Shown here piece after piece: positions 30,494-42,913 of a stretch of 64,000 bases of DNA. The position numbers were made by a program, and so were the translations under genes. This stretch comes from Trypanosoma brucei. Lineage: Eukaryota. The first letter of the stretch is position 1. Every line of letters starts with the position of its first letter. The stretch covers positions 832,001 to 896,000 of the forward strand of contig CP000067.1 in assembly GCA_000002445.1 (NCBI GenBank), given 5' to 3'. The notes below the pieces were generated by a model. The model saw nothing but the letters and a program-made list of their open reading frames with translations, was not told where the DNA came from and searched no databases.

Positions 30494-32662
30494 TTAGCTC
30501 TCCAGATAAGTGCGGAACTCTTTTGTCATGACAGGACGGTCGCCAAGTAAAAGCCAAAGCTCGTGCGCTGTAAGTGTCTCTTGTCTTGCCAAAAGGCCCG
30601 CCAGTGCACGCACCTCCCTAAGATATTGTTTTAATATGGACCGCGCCCTGTTGAGCGCCTCGGTGATGAGCTTGTGAACGGCCTCATCCACAATATCCTC
30701 CTTTAATGGTCCAAACGGTTTCTGAATGCTGTCTTCCTGGTCTAAGTTGTAACCAAAGTGACCAATATTCTCGGGATCCATCCCGTATGTGCAGACCACC
30801 TGTCGCGCCCTGTTTGTAGCATGCTGCACATCATCTGCAGCAGATGTTGAGACGTCCTTAAAGAAGTACTCCTCCGCTACGTAGCCTCCCAACTGTGCCA
30901 CCATACCTTGCATGAGTTGTTCCTGCGTCGAAATAAAAGCGGTTTGAGGCAACTTTTGGGTTACGCCGGAGCGATGCTGCCCACGAGGAAGGATAGTGGT
31001 TTTGATGACGGGATCGGTTTTCTCTTGAAACCAATGAAGAACGACCTTACCCGCTTCATGAAATGAAATGCGCTCCCGCTCTGCATCGCTCAGCTTCACT
31101 GCACTCTTCTCCAATCCAACTAGCACTCGGTCCACTGCTTGGTGGAAATGGCGTGTTGAGACGTATTCCTTTCCCTCCCTCGCGGCTTGGATAGCGGCCT
31201 CGTTGCAAATGTTAAATATATCCGCACCACTGCATCCAGGGGTAAGCGCGGCGACGGTTTCTGCGAAGCCCCGAATAGTTCCCGACGGCTCAAGCTTAAG
31301 TGGAGCCAAGTGAACCTCGGCGATGGCAACCCTATCCTTATGTGAAGGTTTTTCCAGCGTTATCTTTCGGTCGAAACGCCCGGAGCGCGTGAGGGCGTTG
31401 TCGAGAATGTCGGCACGATTAGTGGCTGCCAGTACCATTATTCCTGTGGAATCCTTGAAACCATCCATTTCAGAAAGAAACGCATTCAGCGTACCTCGCA
31501 GGCTCCCTCCGGAGTCGGATTTTCTTTTCCTCCCGAAGGCATCGATTTCATCCACAAAAACGACGCACGGCTTGCACTCGTGAGCTTGTTTGAAGAGTTC
31601 CCGAGCACGCTGCGCTCCAACGCCGACGTACACTTCCTCAAACTCACTTCCAGAACAACTGAGAAAAGGAACCATGGCCTCACCAGCAATGGCTTTCGCG
31701 AGAAGTGTTTTCCCCACACCAGGTGGCCCGTCAAGCAGAACGCCTTTGGGAAGTTTGGCCCCAAGTGCCTGGTAGCGGCTGGGGTTCTTCAAGAAATCAA
31801 TCACTTCAACCACCTCGTGTTTTGCCTCAGTTAACCCCGCCACATCACTTAGCCGAGTGGCAACGGAAAGTTCACGCTTGAATGAATAACTACTCTTCTC
31901 TGCCGTGAGGGATGCGAGCCTGGCCGATGTGTTAAATAAGGAATGCGTTAGGGCCAAAAGGGGCAGGAGACAAAGGAGTAACATAGGCACCCATGGGTAA
32001 TACGTTTGGATTCCAACGAGTATATCCTTGTTACTATCACATGAAGCTTCAAAAGCCCTGTAATCTACGAAGTTCCGTACGCCAAGAGCCTCGCCCTTTT
32101 GCCCACGGAAGACCGCCCTGTGTCCCGCCAAATCCACTTCCACAGTGGTATAGCCACTGATGTCCCCTTCTGCGCGCGAATGCAAAAAGTAAAAGCGCAC
32201 CGCCATCGTGACTCCAAACAAACACGAAAAGATGACCAACATCCGTACACGTCTCGCCTTGCGTGCCTTGGCTGAAATAATGGCTATGAGCATACGCTCG
32301 TCAGAAGACATTGCGTAGGCACGATTCACAGATTCCGAAGAAGGGCGTGAAAATGGAAGCCTCCGCAGTAACGACACCGAGTAAAATGCCTCAAAACCTT
32401 TGGGGTAGCGTTTCTCAGATGAGAGCCCCGGCGCGCGCCCGACAGCGGCATTGCTATCACTGGTGTTGGTATTGCTGGTATTGTTGTTGCTTCTGGACTT
32501 TGAGGAAACACCTCCTGCAACTGTTGCCTTCTCGCCCTCCTTCGGTGCGTCGGCCTTTCCGTCACTATTGCTGCCAGTTGCACAAAAACACTTGGATGTT
32601 TGAAGGGCCGCCGCGGCAAATGACAAGTGGGCTGATCGGGGTATCCTAAACATATTGTACAC
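30494..32662 (-). CDS. FtsH-family AAA+ membrane protein (mitochondrial-type) with a degenerate zinc-binding motif
   Basis: Two N-terminal TM helices. Walker A GPPGVGKT, Walker [10 protein letters not shown], second region of homology ATNRADILD. The protease-domain motif reads FHEAGKVV where canonical FtsH has HEAGH. Confidence 0.85.
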   Translation of the reverse strand: MYNMFRIPRSAHLSFAAAALQTSKCFCATGSNSDGKADAPKEGEKATVAGGVSSKSRSNNNTSNTNTSDSNAAVGRAPGLSSEKRYPKGFEAFYSVSLLRRLPFSRPSSESVNRAYAMSSDERMLIAIISAKARKARRVRMLVIFSCLFGVTMAVRFYFLHSRAEGDISGYTTVEVDLAGHRAVFRGQKGEALGVRNFVDYRAFEASCDSNKDILVGIQTYYPWVPMLLLCLLPLLALTHSLFNTSARLASLTAEKSSYSFKRELSVATRLSDVAGLTEAKHEVVEVIDFLKNPSRYQALGAKLPKGVLLDGPPGVGKTLLAKAIAGEAMVPFLSCSGSEFEEVYVGVGAQRARELFKQAHECKPCVVFVDEIDAFGRKRKSDSGGSLRGTLNAFLSEMDGFKDSTGIMVLAATNRADILDNALTRSGRFDRKITLEKPSHKDRVAIAEVHLAPLKLEPSGTIRGFAETVAALTPGCSGADIFNICNEAAIQAAREGKEYVSTRHFHQAVDRVLVGLEKSAVKLSDAERERISFHEAGKVVLHWFQEKTDPVIKTTILPRGQHRSGVTQKLPQTAFISTQEQLMQGMVAQLGGYVAEEYFFKDVSTSAADDVQHATNRARQVVCTYGMDPENIGHFGYNLDQEDSIQKPFGPLKEDIVDEAVHKLITEALNRARSILKQYLREVRALAGLLARQETLTAHELWLLLGDRPVMTKEFRTYLES

Positions 32663-33212
32663 CCGCGCCCAGACACCTACGGGTGCAAAGAAAAGATAAA
32701 CTTAACTTATTTGCCCGCATGGCGGGGCATGGCGTGGCGTAAAACCGAAGGAAAGAGAAAAAGGAGACGAGTACACACGGAAGCCACATGGTGCAGGACG
32801 GAACCACACTCCACGTGGATCTGTTATAGACACGATCGTCAATTTACACCGAGGCGCAATAACATTTCTTTCTTTTTTAACGTGCATATATTCTGGTATT
32901 CACACGCAGAGTTGAAACCGGTAATAACACAATAATGACAGTAAACAAACACCGAAGTTTCTGGCGACCACCTGTGCGTGGAGAGCTTCGTTGGGAAGTG
33001 GAAGATTTAAAAAAAAAACATGCATCACTTATTTGACAAGAAGAAAAGTAAAGGGGCCCCGAAACGAAAATGGACCCAGTGAAGTCAACAGATCACAACA
33101 ACCAATATCATAATGTTCAGGATTATTATTCCATTAGAAGGCAGTCACCGGCCGAAACGAAGGGATGACGCAGACGCACGCACACCAATTAACAATCGTT
33201 CGATTATTTCAT

Positions 33213-35234
33213 TCACAACGCCCTCTGGCATGGAGATGAGCGAGTCACAAAACTCTCTATGCGCCGAGTTTGTTCATCAAGCTCCCTTGACTGTGCATAG
33301 AAGCGGCGCAACAGCTCTACAGCCCGCTCTGCCGACTTCCTCCTCTTTTCCTCCGTGGCTTCAAAAAATGCAAGGCGAATAAAATCATCGGCCATTTCTA
33401 CATGATCCGTCCCATAAAGCGTATTATCCAACTCCACCTTCTTTACGAGGTGCTCCACACATTTCCCATCATCTCTTAACCGGTTGAAAGCCTTTGCGAG
33501 GGCCATGTGGACTTTTGGAACCATAGTTTGAGGTGGCCTCGGCGGTGGGCACAAATGCTCCATTGTGAGGGCATAACTCTGCGAAAGGACATTTACCGCG
33601 GTCTCAAACTGACCCTCACGTATCAAACGACATCCTTTTTGGTACAAATCACTCGCCTGAATGTAATACGCCTTTTTCTCAGACGTGACGCTTTCATCCT
33701 TGTCATCACGGCAGGCGCTACACTCGCACAAGAAGCCACACCGCTCAACCAGCGAGCGGCGGCGAGTGTGGGCACTTACAGCTTTATACTTTGTCATGTT
33801 GTGATAAGCAATGGTGAGTTCCTCCCCTGCCTGAACAGAACGTATGGCACGGATACAGAGTTGCAAAGAACATCCAAGAGGGTTTCCCACAAATGATGCA
33901 AAACAGTTTGGTTGACATGAGTGACGGAAGCGCGCTGCAGTAACGTACACCGCCTTTCCCACTGGTATGGTGCGTGACTCATCGATAAGAGCCTCGCGTG
34001 TCTCCGTGTTAATGTTGATCTGCGTACCGGTATGAAACTTCAGCTCGAACGCAGAGAGCGTAACTTGACGTTGGGCTAATCGTAAGCGATCCGCACCATC
34101 CGCATCCGCGGCACCAAGCACCAGAGCTAATAAACTCACTGCTGTCTCATAACCCCCAATAACTGCTGCGGGATACAACTCACCTGTAAAGTTGCTGCGA
34201 AGGGGAAGCTCCTCACCACGCAATACCTGCTCCGATCGCAGCATTCGGCACGCCACCAACGCATCGACGGGACACAAATGAAAGAAGGCGTTAGTGGTTT
34301 CGTATTGCCCATCACGCTCCCAACTTGTGGCGGCGCAAACTTCACTGCAGAAAAGACCCCGAGCCGACTTGCCACGCGAGCGGTAAGCGGCACCCGAGTA
34401 GAGAAGCCGAGTAGCCTTTAAGCAAAAGCAACACCGCACCCCCCAATGATCATCATACAATGCGTAAGCAACAGGAACCTCCCTGATGATATCCCCGGGA
34501 TCCAAAGGACCCTTCGCCACAACACCACTCACTCCCGTCCCATATGAAATATTTGCAGAACCAGAAACAACGGTAGCGTTTCCGCAAACAACATTGCCAC
34601 TGGAACCATCGCAACATCCGTCACTCCTACCGGCGTGAAGAATTTTCTTCACAACCTCCTCTCCATTCGCACCTGATGCCTCCTCTCTGGAAGCCGCCTC
34701 CATATCCTTCGTGCCTTCCTCAATAAATCCCAAGCGCTGCAAACAGGAGCCGCGCCTCTGGAGAGCTTTCCAGTACGATGGCGTAAGTGTAAAGGCGGCA
34801 TGAGCATCGGCCAGTGCCTCTGTGATGCGACCTTGTGCCATGAACGCTGCACTGCGGTTATTAATAAGTGCTGCCAATGTATCATCTTCACTAGCTGACA
34901 TCATTCCGCGAGTATACATGAGGATGCATTCTTCCAATTTCTTGCAACTATATGCATCATTCCCCCGACTCTTCCACTCCAGCGCATCGGTGTCGTTAAC
35001 ATTACATGCATGACTTACCCCCGCCTCCAAACTCTTCAGTGCGTTCACAACACCGGCCTTATCTTCTGCTTCTCGCAAGTATTTTAATGTTTCCTCAACT
35101 GGTTTCAAACCACTTCCAGGAGGAAACTCTTTGGATAACGTTAATAACATATCCCTCCATGAACCCAACTGAGCTGCGGCCTCTCGTCTAGCGGCAGCCT
35201 GCGCCGCAACCTCAGGGGACACACCACCACTCAT
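33213..35234 (-). CDS. SET-domain protein with MYND-type zinc finger and TPR-like region (SMYD-like)
   Basis: RFRHSCQPNCFASF, ELTIAYHN and the CGFLCECSACRD post-SET region. A Cys-rich MYND-like segment (CCFCLKATR...CSEVCAATSW) is present. Confidence 0.75.
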   Translation of the reverse strand: MSGGVSPEVAAQAAARREAAAQLGSWRDMLLTLSKEFPPGSGLKPVEETLKYLREAEDKAGVVNALKSLEAGVSHACNVNDTDALEWKSRGNDAYSCKKLEECILMYTRGMMSASEDDTLAALINNRSAAFMAQGRITEALADAHAAFTLTPSYWKALQRRGSCLQRLGFIEEGTKDMEAASREEASGANGEEVVKKILHAGRSDGCCDGSSGNVVCGNATVVSGSANISYGTGVSGVVAKGPLDPGDIIREVPVAYALYDDHWGVRCCFCLKATRLLYSGAAYRSRGKSARGLFCSEVCAATSWERDGQYETTNAFFHLCPVDALVACRMLRSEQVLRGEELPLRSNFTGELYPAAVIGGYETAVSLLALVLGAADADGADRLRLAQRQVTLSAFELKFHTGTQININTETREALIDESRTIPVGKAVYVTAARFRHSCQPNCFASFVGNPLGCSLQLCIRAIRSVQAGEELTIAYHNMTKYKAVSAHTRRRSLVERCGFLCECSACRDDKDESVTSEKKAYYIQASDLYQKGCRLIREGQFETAVNVLSQSYALTMEHLCPPPRPPQTMVPKVHMALAKAFNRLRDDGKCVEHLVKKVELDNTLYGTDHVEMADDFIRLAFFEATEEKRRKSAERAVELLRRFYAQSRELDEQTRRIESFVTRSSPCQRAL

Positions 35235-35280
35235 TTCACTAAGCTTCCCGCTACTGCAATATATAAATTATACCAATACA

Positions 35281-35326
35281 CACAAACACACACACACATA
35301 TACACAGAAAGAGAGAGAGAGAGAAA
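35281..35326. repeat. Compound (CA)n/(GA)n microsatellite in the SET-UPRT intergenic region
   Basis: cacaaacacacacacacatatacacagaaagagagagagagag. Confidence 0.8.
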
Positions 35327-37335
35327 AAAAAAAACGGAGAAAAAAAAAAAGAGAAAAAGTGTGTGTCTCATTTTCGGAAGTCGCAGATAATTGAGGGACG
35401 TTACAAATGTCATGAGAAGTGGTAAAGTCAAATGAGCATCCCCATGCAATACTTTTAACGGAAAATAATAACAACGCGTACATTACACATACAAAACATA
35501 CACACACACACACACACTTACACATATACGCGCGCACGCACAGATACGTATACGTTTTAAATGTGGCACGACCCCACTCAGAACCTTTTTTTTTCCTTTG
35601 AAAAGGGAAAACGAAACAAAAAAAAAAGAGTAAAAAAATTTATGGGGAATGAAAAACCCGCACACGCAAGCCTTTTCACTTCTCCCCGTACGTGGCCTCA
35701 CACGCACAGAGATGAAATAAAATAAAATAAAGATGGAAATGGAAATAGAAATGGAAATGGAACTACTGCAGACTACGAAGTGCTGAAAGCCGAAAGAATA
35801 AAGGGAGGAGTGATGATGTCTCCACCATTCATTCTTTTTTTAATGTATATATTTTTTATATCTTTTTTTTCCCCCTTTTAAAAGAGAAAAAAAAAAAGAG
35901 GAGCACAATTCATATCACAATCCATTTCCCGGGGGCCCCACACCATAAGAAGTTCGTAGTTGATCATTCGGTTGCTCAGCGGCGTCGGCGATACAAATTA
36001 AAGGAAATTAAAACAAAGAAAGAAAAAGAAAAAGAAAAATAAGGAAAAAAGAAGAAACATGTCAGAAAAGAAGCAGGTTCTGCTTATGAGTATTATGACC
36101 TTCCACTATGCGTATATATTTATGTAAGTATATATGTAAGTGCGTGTGTGTGCTTGTGTGCATTTTTTTCTTTTCTTTTTCTTTTTTTTTTATTTTTTGT
36201 GTCCTGTTGTTGCTTGTCCGTTGTTGTACAGTTTCCCGTAATGATGTTGAGGGGGAAATAAATTATGAAAAGGAATTTAAAAAAAGAAAAAAAGAAAAAC
36301 GGGGGCAAAAAGAACTGGCGCGCGGTAACAGGAGACATAAACGTAAGGAAGGGGAAAGAAAGAGACGGAGAATGGAAATTAATAATAATAATAATAAACA
36401 GTCGCTCGTTGAACCTTTCGCACAACTAAACGTCATCACCACTTCTTTCTTGTTTCTTTTTATTTTGTTTTATTCACGTAAACAAAACTTTAAAAAAAAC
36501 GAAAAGAGAAGAGAAGAAAAAAGGAAAAAGAGGGAAAAACAAAAAAAAGGGGGGGAAGGAGTGGTAGCGCGTAATTTTTTTTAAAAAAAAAACTTTGGCT
36601 AACGGTCATGTCGGGCCTCACCGTAGTCACGGCCAAATAAAAAGAAAAAAAAACAATAAAAACAAGATAAACTTTTTTCTCTTCAATAAAGAAGAAAAAT
36701 AAAGAGGAGGAATGGAGTGAAGTGAAACTTATATCCATCTCTACGTTTTGGCCACTCGTTGAACACACTTTTTTTTTTGTTTAAAACACAGACACATAAA
36801 TGCCTACCACCTCCCTCTACAAATACACACATATATAAATAAACATATATGAATATATATATATATATGTATGTTAAATCTCACATGTGTGCAACTGCGT
36901 GCTGTAATCACTTCCACTCACACGTCAAAATTCCCACCATTCTCTTTTTTTTCCCCCTTTTTCGTTCCCCTTCCTTCTTTTGTTGTTTCCTTCATTGTCG
37001 TTTTGTTATCTTGTTATCTTGTCTTGTCTTGACTTGACTTGACTTATCATGTTTCTTTTTGTTGTTGTTTTTTTTTTGGGGGGGGGGGTTTCGTTTTTGT
37101 TTTCATTCTTTCCATTTTTTTTTAATTCTATTTTTTCTTTTTTCGTATTCTTTTTCTTTTTCTTAATTTCCTCTCTTTCCTAACAAAAACTCTTTTTTTC
37201 TATGTACAGAGGCAATATGCCATATCTTTCTTCTTTATATATATATATATATATATTTATTTATTTAATTTATTTTTTATTTATTGACCTCCACTTCAAT
37301 TTTTTTTTTTCACTTCGCTTCCCATTTGCGCTCGC

Positions 37336-38058
37336 TCATTCGCATGTGCCGAAGTATCGGTCGCCAAAATCCCCTAAACCGGGAACAATATATTTTCTTG
37401 AATCCAGTCCAGGATCTAGCGCAGCGGAGACGACATTAACATGTGGGAATGCAGTTAAATATCGACGAAGGCCCTCAGGGCAGGAAATGAGGTTGAGGAA
37501 AATAATATTCTCCTCTGGTACATTATATTCATTAATAAGTATCTCTGTTGCCTTAATAACACTACCACCGGTGGCAATCATCGGATCCAGCAGCAGCACA
37601 TGGCGCCCGCTCACATCACTGGGAATCTTGCTGTAATTAAAACGCTCATCAGGTGCCTTTTCCAAACTCTTCTCATCACGCTGAACGAGGATTTTTCCAA
37701 TACGAACACCTCGGCAAGTTTCCCGCAACACACGTTCCATAGCCTCGCCAGCACGTAAAATACTGATGCCAATTATTCCTTGTCCATCTGTCATACAACC
37801 CTGATATTTAGAACCTGTGGGTGTGATGACATCATATGGAATGGTGGGAATGAGATTAAGTGCCGCCTCCACAATGAGGCGAATGATACGCTCGCTGTAA
37901 AAAACAAAGTCGGTGCGACCCGTTTCTCTCTGTCGTATTATGGTGAAGAGATAATGAAGTTGATTCGTCTGAGGAAGCAGGTGGAAAGTCGGAAATTCCT
38001 TCAAGAGCGCTTCCTCCTGTTCATTGTAATTCCTTCCCGCGTTGTCGTGTAGAGCCAT
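37336..38058 (-). CDS. UPRT: Uracil phosphoribosyltransferase
   Basis: 240 aa. PRPP-binding motif LLLDPMIATGGS, and a C-terminal YIVPGLGDFGDRYFGT that is characteristic of UPRTases. Confidence 0.85.
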   Translation of the reverse strand: MALHDNAGRNYNEQEEALLKEFPTFHLLPQTNQLHYLFTIIRQRETGRTDFVFYSERIIRLIVEAALNLIPTIPYDVITPTGSKYQGCMTDGQGIIGISILRAGEAMERVLRETCRGVRIGKILVQRDEKSLEKAPDERFNYSKIPSDVSGRHVLLLDPMIATGGSVIKATEILINEYNVPEENIIFLNLISCPEGLRRYLTAFPHVNVVSAALDPGLDSRKYIVPGLGDFGDRYFGTCE

Positions 38059-38947
38059 ATTATAAAATATTCTTAAACTTACCTACTTACTTCTCTTTCC
38101 CTCTCTTTTTTTCCTTTTCTTCTTCTATCTTATTGATAAAGTGTCTCTACTTTCTTCACTTCCTCCTCCCTTCAAGTGCTTGTGGGACGCGTACCGTGAA
38201 ATTAATTACAAGCACAAGAAGGGAAAGATAAATTAAGGAAGGAAGGAAAGAAAGAAAAAATAGACAAACAACCAACTCCTGAAGTCGCTGTTGCAAATCA
38301 ACTGAAAGCGCGCTGTCCCCTTCCATAACTCATGTCTTCACACAAATGTTGCGAAGCTGCGGGTAACGGAAGCTCTCAAATGGAAATTTACATGGCGCAA
38401 ATTAAAATAATCCCGCACTATGCGAGTAAATGTTGAAAAAAAAAAAGCAACAACAACAGAGATAGAAACACACACAAGTACATACATACACACACACATA
38501 CACACACATTAATTCACCGTTCGCGTGAGCCCGACCAATGAAATAAAAGAAAAAAAAGCCTACGAGGTGCGGGTGAAAATACGCCTGCTAACAAATCAGA
38601 ATCCCAGCGGAATCAAGATGTGTCCCCCCCCCTAAAAAAAAAAAAAAAAGAGAAGAAGCGACAATAACTTTCCTTCTCTCTTACGTTCGTCTTAGTTGCG
38701 TGCCGGCATCTCTGTTATCTTTACTCCTGCTTTTCCTCTTTTTTCCTCATTTCCTTTTTCTTTTTCTTTTTGCTTGCCTCTTTCTCTTCTACTTTTCTGT
38801 TCTTCAGACCACAAACACAAACACAGATGCACATGTACATGTACACACGAACGTGTGCCACTGGAAACAAACAAAAGCAAAGAAAGAAAGAAAGAAAGGG
38901 GGGAAAAACAAAACAAAACATGATGCCGAAGGAAAGCTGTAAGAATT

Positions 38948-39532
38948 CTAACGATGATTTGAGAGAAAGTTCATGAAATCTTCCAAACTGATTTTCCCGT
39001 CGTTATCGAAATCTGCTGGGCGGATGAGGAGCGTCAACTCATTTGGTGACAAATCCCCAAATCCAATAGTTTTCATAATATCCGCCAGCACCACAACATC
39101 CACCGAACCGCTGCCCTGCGGATCATAAATTCGAAATGCTTCGCGTATGGGATCAAAACGCAAACTTCCGGCAACTGCTGGCGGCATGGCCGTCCGTGTG
39201 GTGTTGAAGTTGTCAATAATATTCCATAACGTGTCTACTGTAAAAGGGGCGCCACTCGCTTCATCAAGAAGGAATTTATACTCGGATGATGTCATATTGG
39301 GGTAAAATGCTGAAAGACGTTCCTTAAGTGTAGCCGGCTTTAGGCATTTATGGTTATGCAAATCAAAAAAAGCGAAGGCCGCTTCCACATCAGCACGGCT
39401 AAGTGTTACGTTTGGATCCTTCACAGCATTTGTCACAGATGAAGTGGAAGCATTTTTGCTGCTGTCGCCTACAGTTCGCGTAGAGGCTGAAGCAGGCATC
39501 GGTGGTGGGCTTTTAACTAAATGCAAATCCAA
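38948..39532 (-). CDS. EF-hand calcium-binding domain protein
   Basis: 194 aa. Canonical EF loop DFDNDGKISLEDF at the C-terminus, with additional degenerate EF-like segments. Confidence 0.6.
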   Translation of the reverse strand: MDLHLVKSPPPMPASASTRTVGDSSKNASTSSVTNAVKDPNVTLSRADVEAAFAFFDLHNHKCLKPATLKERLSAFYPNMTSSEYKFLLDEASGAPFTVDTLWNIIDNFNTTRTAMPPAVAGSLRFDPIREAFRIYDPQGSGSVDVVVLADIMKTIGFGDLSPNELTLLIRPADFDNDGKISLEDFMNFLSNHR

Positions 39533-40258
39533 ATAATCAAATGCACAACTAAAAAGTGTATGAAGCGTATGTAATCGCTCAAACTAAAGTCAACGCATGC
39601 TCACGTGAGAGGTGAAGACGAAAACACAGAAAAATGGAAAAGAGAGAAGGAAATAAAGCACCTGAAGTGAATCGATGCAGTCAAAAAAGTGTCTGTTCAA
39701 CATGCAGGAAACATATATATATATATATTGTAAACGCAGTTGAGCTGTGAGCACACCAACGGGCGTTTAAATTAAAAATAATTAAGAGAAAAATCAAAAA
39801 CGAATGGCAAAACGATGGAACGCAATAAAACTATAAATAGAAAAAATACTAGAAACGAAAAACAAATAAATAATAAGAACATGAGTAATAAGAATGATAA
39901 CAATAATGACAGAAACATCCGCGCGCACCGACAAAACAAAAAATGAACTGCAATGTGAAGAGAAGTTAACAAAGTTTCACAGATATCGCGCAGAACACAT
40001 TCCAGTGATGAGTGACACACCGTAGCTGCAGAAGACAGAGAAACACAAAATGCAGACACCCTTTGATGCAGAACAGTTGCCTTCGAGAAAAGGCAACAGG
40101 GAAGTCAACCAAAGGAAAAGAAGAAAACTATGTCCGCAAAACAAAACGAAGGGGGAAAACTTTAAAAAAAAAAAGATCCAACACACAGAACAAACGCCCG
40201 CACTGAAATTGGTCACTCGTACACACAAACAAATGTACATATGTGTACTAAACTCATT

Positions 40259-41569
40259 TTAGCGTGCACATCCCTCTTTGAAAGACGGCGGCGCCGGAAG
40301 GTGCCGCTGACGAAACGGCCCACAAACTGTTGTGGGCATTCTGTTGGCCAACATGAGGGCCATAACTTGTGCCCGTGTCTTTCGTTTGTTCATCCACACC
40401 ACTTCATTTTTCATCGCACCATCCACAACGTGGCCACTGAGCTCCGCGCGACGCTGAACCCGCCGTCTCACACTGGACTGGCGCACGCGCAATAAAGTGA
40501 TGATTGGGTCCAATTGGCGGCGATGGCGATTACAGATGAATCCCCAGTGATTGCGGCGTCCATAGCAACGGGGACACTTCAACTCTCCTTCCCACCGCGG
40601 CAAAAGGGCATTGACACTCGCAATTGCATCCTCCACCTCGAGCATTGTATCGGTTGATAGACATCTAAATCGACAGGTGTGAGGGAGCTCCCGTACCCTC
40701 TCAACCTCCACAATGTGTGCTGTGAGAAAATCGTGAACCAACGCTTCAGGAAGCCACAATTTGAATGTTATGCCGTTGTTTCCCGCGGCAGCACGCGGTA
40801 GAAGCGAAACAAAAAACATCGGACATTTCCACCCAATGGGCACGCGCCTCGGCACTTTATCCCCACGTTCCGTCCTCATTGGTGGCTCATCTAAACGACT
40901 TCCTTCAGGCGCAAAAGTGAGTTTCTCCCATAGCGCCTGTGCTTCGCCCGCCAGACTTCGCATGGCCGTGCGTTGAAAGTGCCGGAAGGGTAACCGACTC
41001 CCCCCCGTTCTGATATGCTCATGGAATATTCGAGAATAAACGGAACGGATTTCCTGAGGGCGAGGACAAACCATTCCAGCGAATGGCCCTCTGCTTCCCC
41101 CATGCCTCGCCGTATCGATCGTTTGGTTATAGTCGACGTGTGTGACATGTTGAGTGATGACAACCGGAGCGACTTCGAAACGACAAACACGACGTACCAT
41201 ACGGCATGCGGCACCGCCGCCGGCACTGGGGGGCTGAGAGCGCAACTTAATGGTTCGCCGCTCTTCGGCTGCAGGCGGGTGTCTACGGACGATCCAGGCG
41301 AGAGTGTGCCGCAGGCCGTAAGCTCCGCTGCAAAACTGCATGTGCAACTGACAGCCTTTGCAGTTGGGGCAGCGAATGCATGGTGAAACAAAGGGACGAG
41401 TCACAGGAAAGGAGAAGCATCTGTGAAGTGGACTAACGGCAGCTGCCATTTCACCAAGGGAAAAATAAATGCGCACCGAATCCGATGACGGGTGAGAACG
41501 GCTTTCTGGTCCAGCGTCTTCATTGAATGGAAGCGCCTCTTTGTTGTGAGTAGGGAAAGGCAAGTTCAT
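40259..41569 (-). CDS. Hypothetical protein with CxxC zinc-ribbon-like motifs
   Basis: 436-aa ORF, co-oriented with its neighbours. CIRCPNCKGC and KCPRCYG motifs. No family is recognised. Confidence 0.55.
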   Translation of the reverse strand: MNLPFPTHNKEALPFNEDAGPESRSHPSSDSVRIYFSLGEMAAAVSPLHRCFSFPVTRPFVSPCIRCPNCKGCQLHMQFCSGAYGLRHTLAWIVRRHPPAAEERRTIKLRSQPPSAGGGAACRMVRRVCRFEVAPVVITQHVTHVDYNQTIDTARHGGSRGPFAGMVCPRPQEIRSVYSRIFHEHIRTGGSRLPFRHFQRTAMRSLAGEAQALWEKLTFAPEGSRLDEPPMRTERGDKVPRRVPIGWKCPMFFVSLLPRAAAGNNGITFKLWLPEALVHDFLTAHIVEVERVRELPHTCRFRCLSTDTMLEVEDAIASVNALLPRWEGELKCPRCYGRRNHWGFICNRHRRQLDPIITLLRVRQSSVRRRVQRRAELSGHVVDGAMKNEVVWMNKRKTRAQVMALMLANRMPTTVCGPFRQRHLPAPPSFKEGCAR

Positions 41570-42913
41570 TTACCTTCTCTTGATCCGCTTCCTTCCGTTT
41601 CCTTCTCGCCTGTTTATGGCCAAACAATACGGAGCGGAAACAGTTTTTGCACTACATTCCGAAACCAAGAAGGGACCCACAAAGGTGGGGAGATAAAAAT
41701 GGAAAGAAGGTGTAAGTGGCTAATGATGATCAGACAACATTGCACGAAACCGCAGTTCAATGTCGTACTTTCATACCGTTCTTATTCAAAACCCCTCCAT
41801 TTTCCTCCCTCTCTAACCCTGACATTCTCAGTCGACTAGTTTTCCAGCAAAGCAAAATGAAGGGGAGAAAGCAACGCACCCCCAGGCAACTAGGACGTGA
41901 AAGAGGGCAATAAACATATGCATTCGCGTGGCCACAGAACGGTGGTACCCCCGCACATACACACACACACATACGCGTATGAAGACCACCCCGCCTCAGA
42001 TGTTTGCTTCACTTCGAAAACAAATCCATTGATGCGAGAAAAGAAGGTCATGTGCCACGCAAATGCAAGTCAAGGCAAGAAACACTGCGCACGTAGACTT
42101 TATTCTCTCAGTTTACTGCCCCACGCTCTCAACACCACATCCCCTATCCTTCTTTCCACGACTTCCAGTGATCTCCGCACCCCAGCATTATCCTGTACAT
42201 CACTGACAGCTTTGCGCCCCAGTGATTTTCCACTTCACTTTGCGCACTTTCGCATGTGCTCGCGCGCGAATGTGCAGGTCTGAATAAAAAGGCAGAGTGA
42301 GACAGTGTCGTTGTCTTTACCACAGAGGCATGAGATGTTCGCATGCGATTAGCTTTGGGTTTAACTTAGTTGTCCTTTCTGGACTTATATTTAGTGTGAG
42401 GACGTTCCACGATAACACCATTCAGTCAAGGTGCAAAAAAGGGGGGAAGGGATTGAAACAACTTGCCCTACGCATGTACCCAACCAAAACCCACGAGGCA
42501 TTGCAGGCGCTTGCCGTGCTTTTCATGTCCCGTCCGCGTCGCCCACAACTCAGTTATCTGACAGTGTGGCTGATCATCCAAAGAATATACGCATGCTTTG
42601 TTATAACCATCCCAATAGGCGTACACGTGTGGACCAACATCCACATATGTGTAAGAAAAAGTATAAGCTATATGTGTTTTGAACATTGACCCCCGTCGTC
42701 CTCCTCTTCTTTATACTCGCCCTCCACTTACCCACGCGCGCATTCACACATTCTTCCTTCGCTCCTTCCCGATTCATCAACCCATCAAAATGACTACCTA
42801 CTTCCCTCTTCCTCACACCTTTACTTACCGAACTTGCCGTTCATAAACACGCAAATATCCTCAAATCATCACCACAACCGAGGCGTCAGTCCCTCACGCA
42901 CTGAGTTAGCAAT

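Noticed and set aside
33507-33896. 129-aa plus-strand ORF
   Set aside because: It is antisense inside the SET/MYND gene.
36108-36584. 158-aa K/R/E-rich ORF in the SET-UPRT intergenic region
   Set aside because: It is extreme low-complexity sequence generated by purine-rich repeats (gaaaag runs), with no conserved domain or start context.
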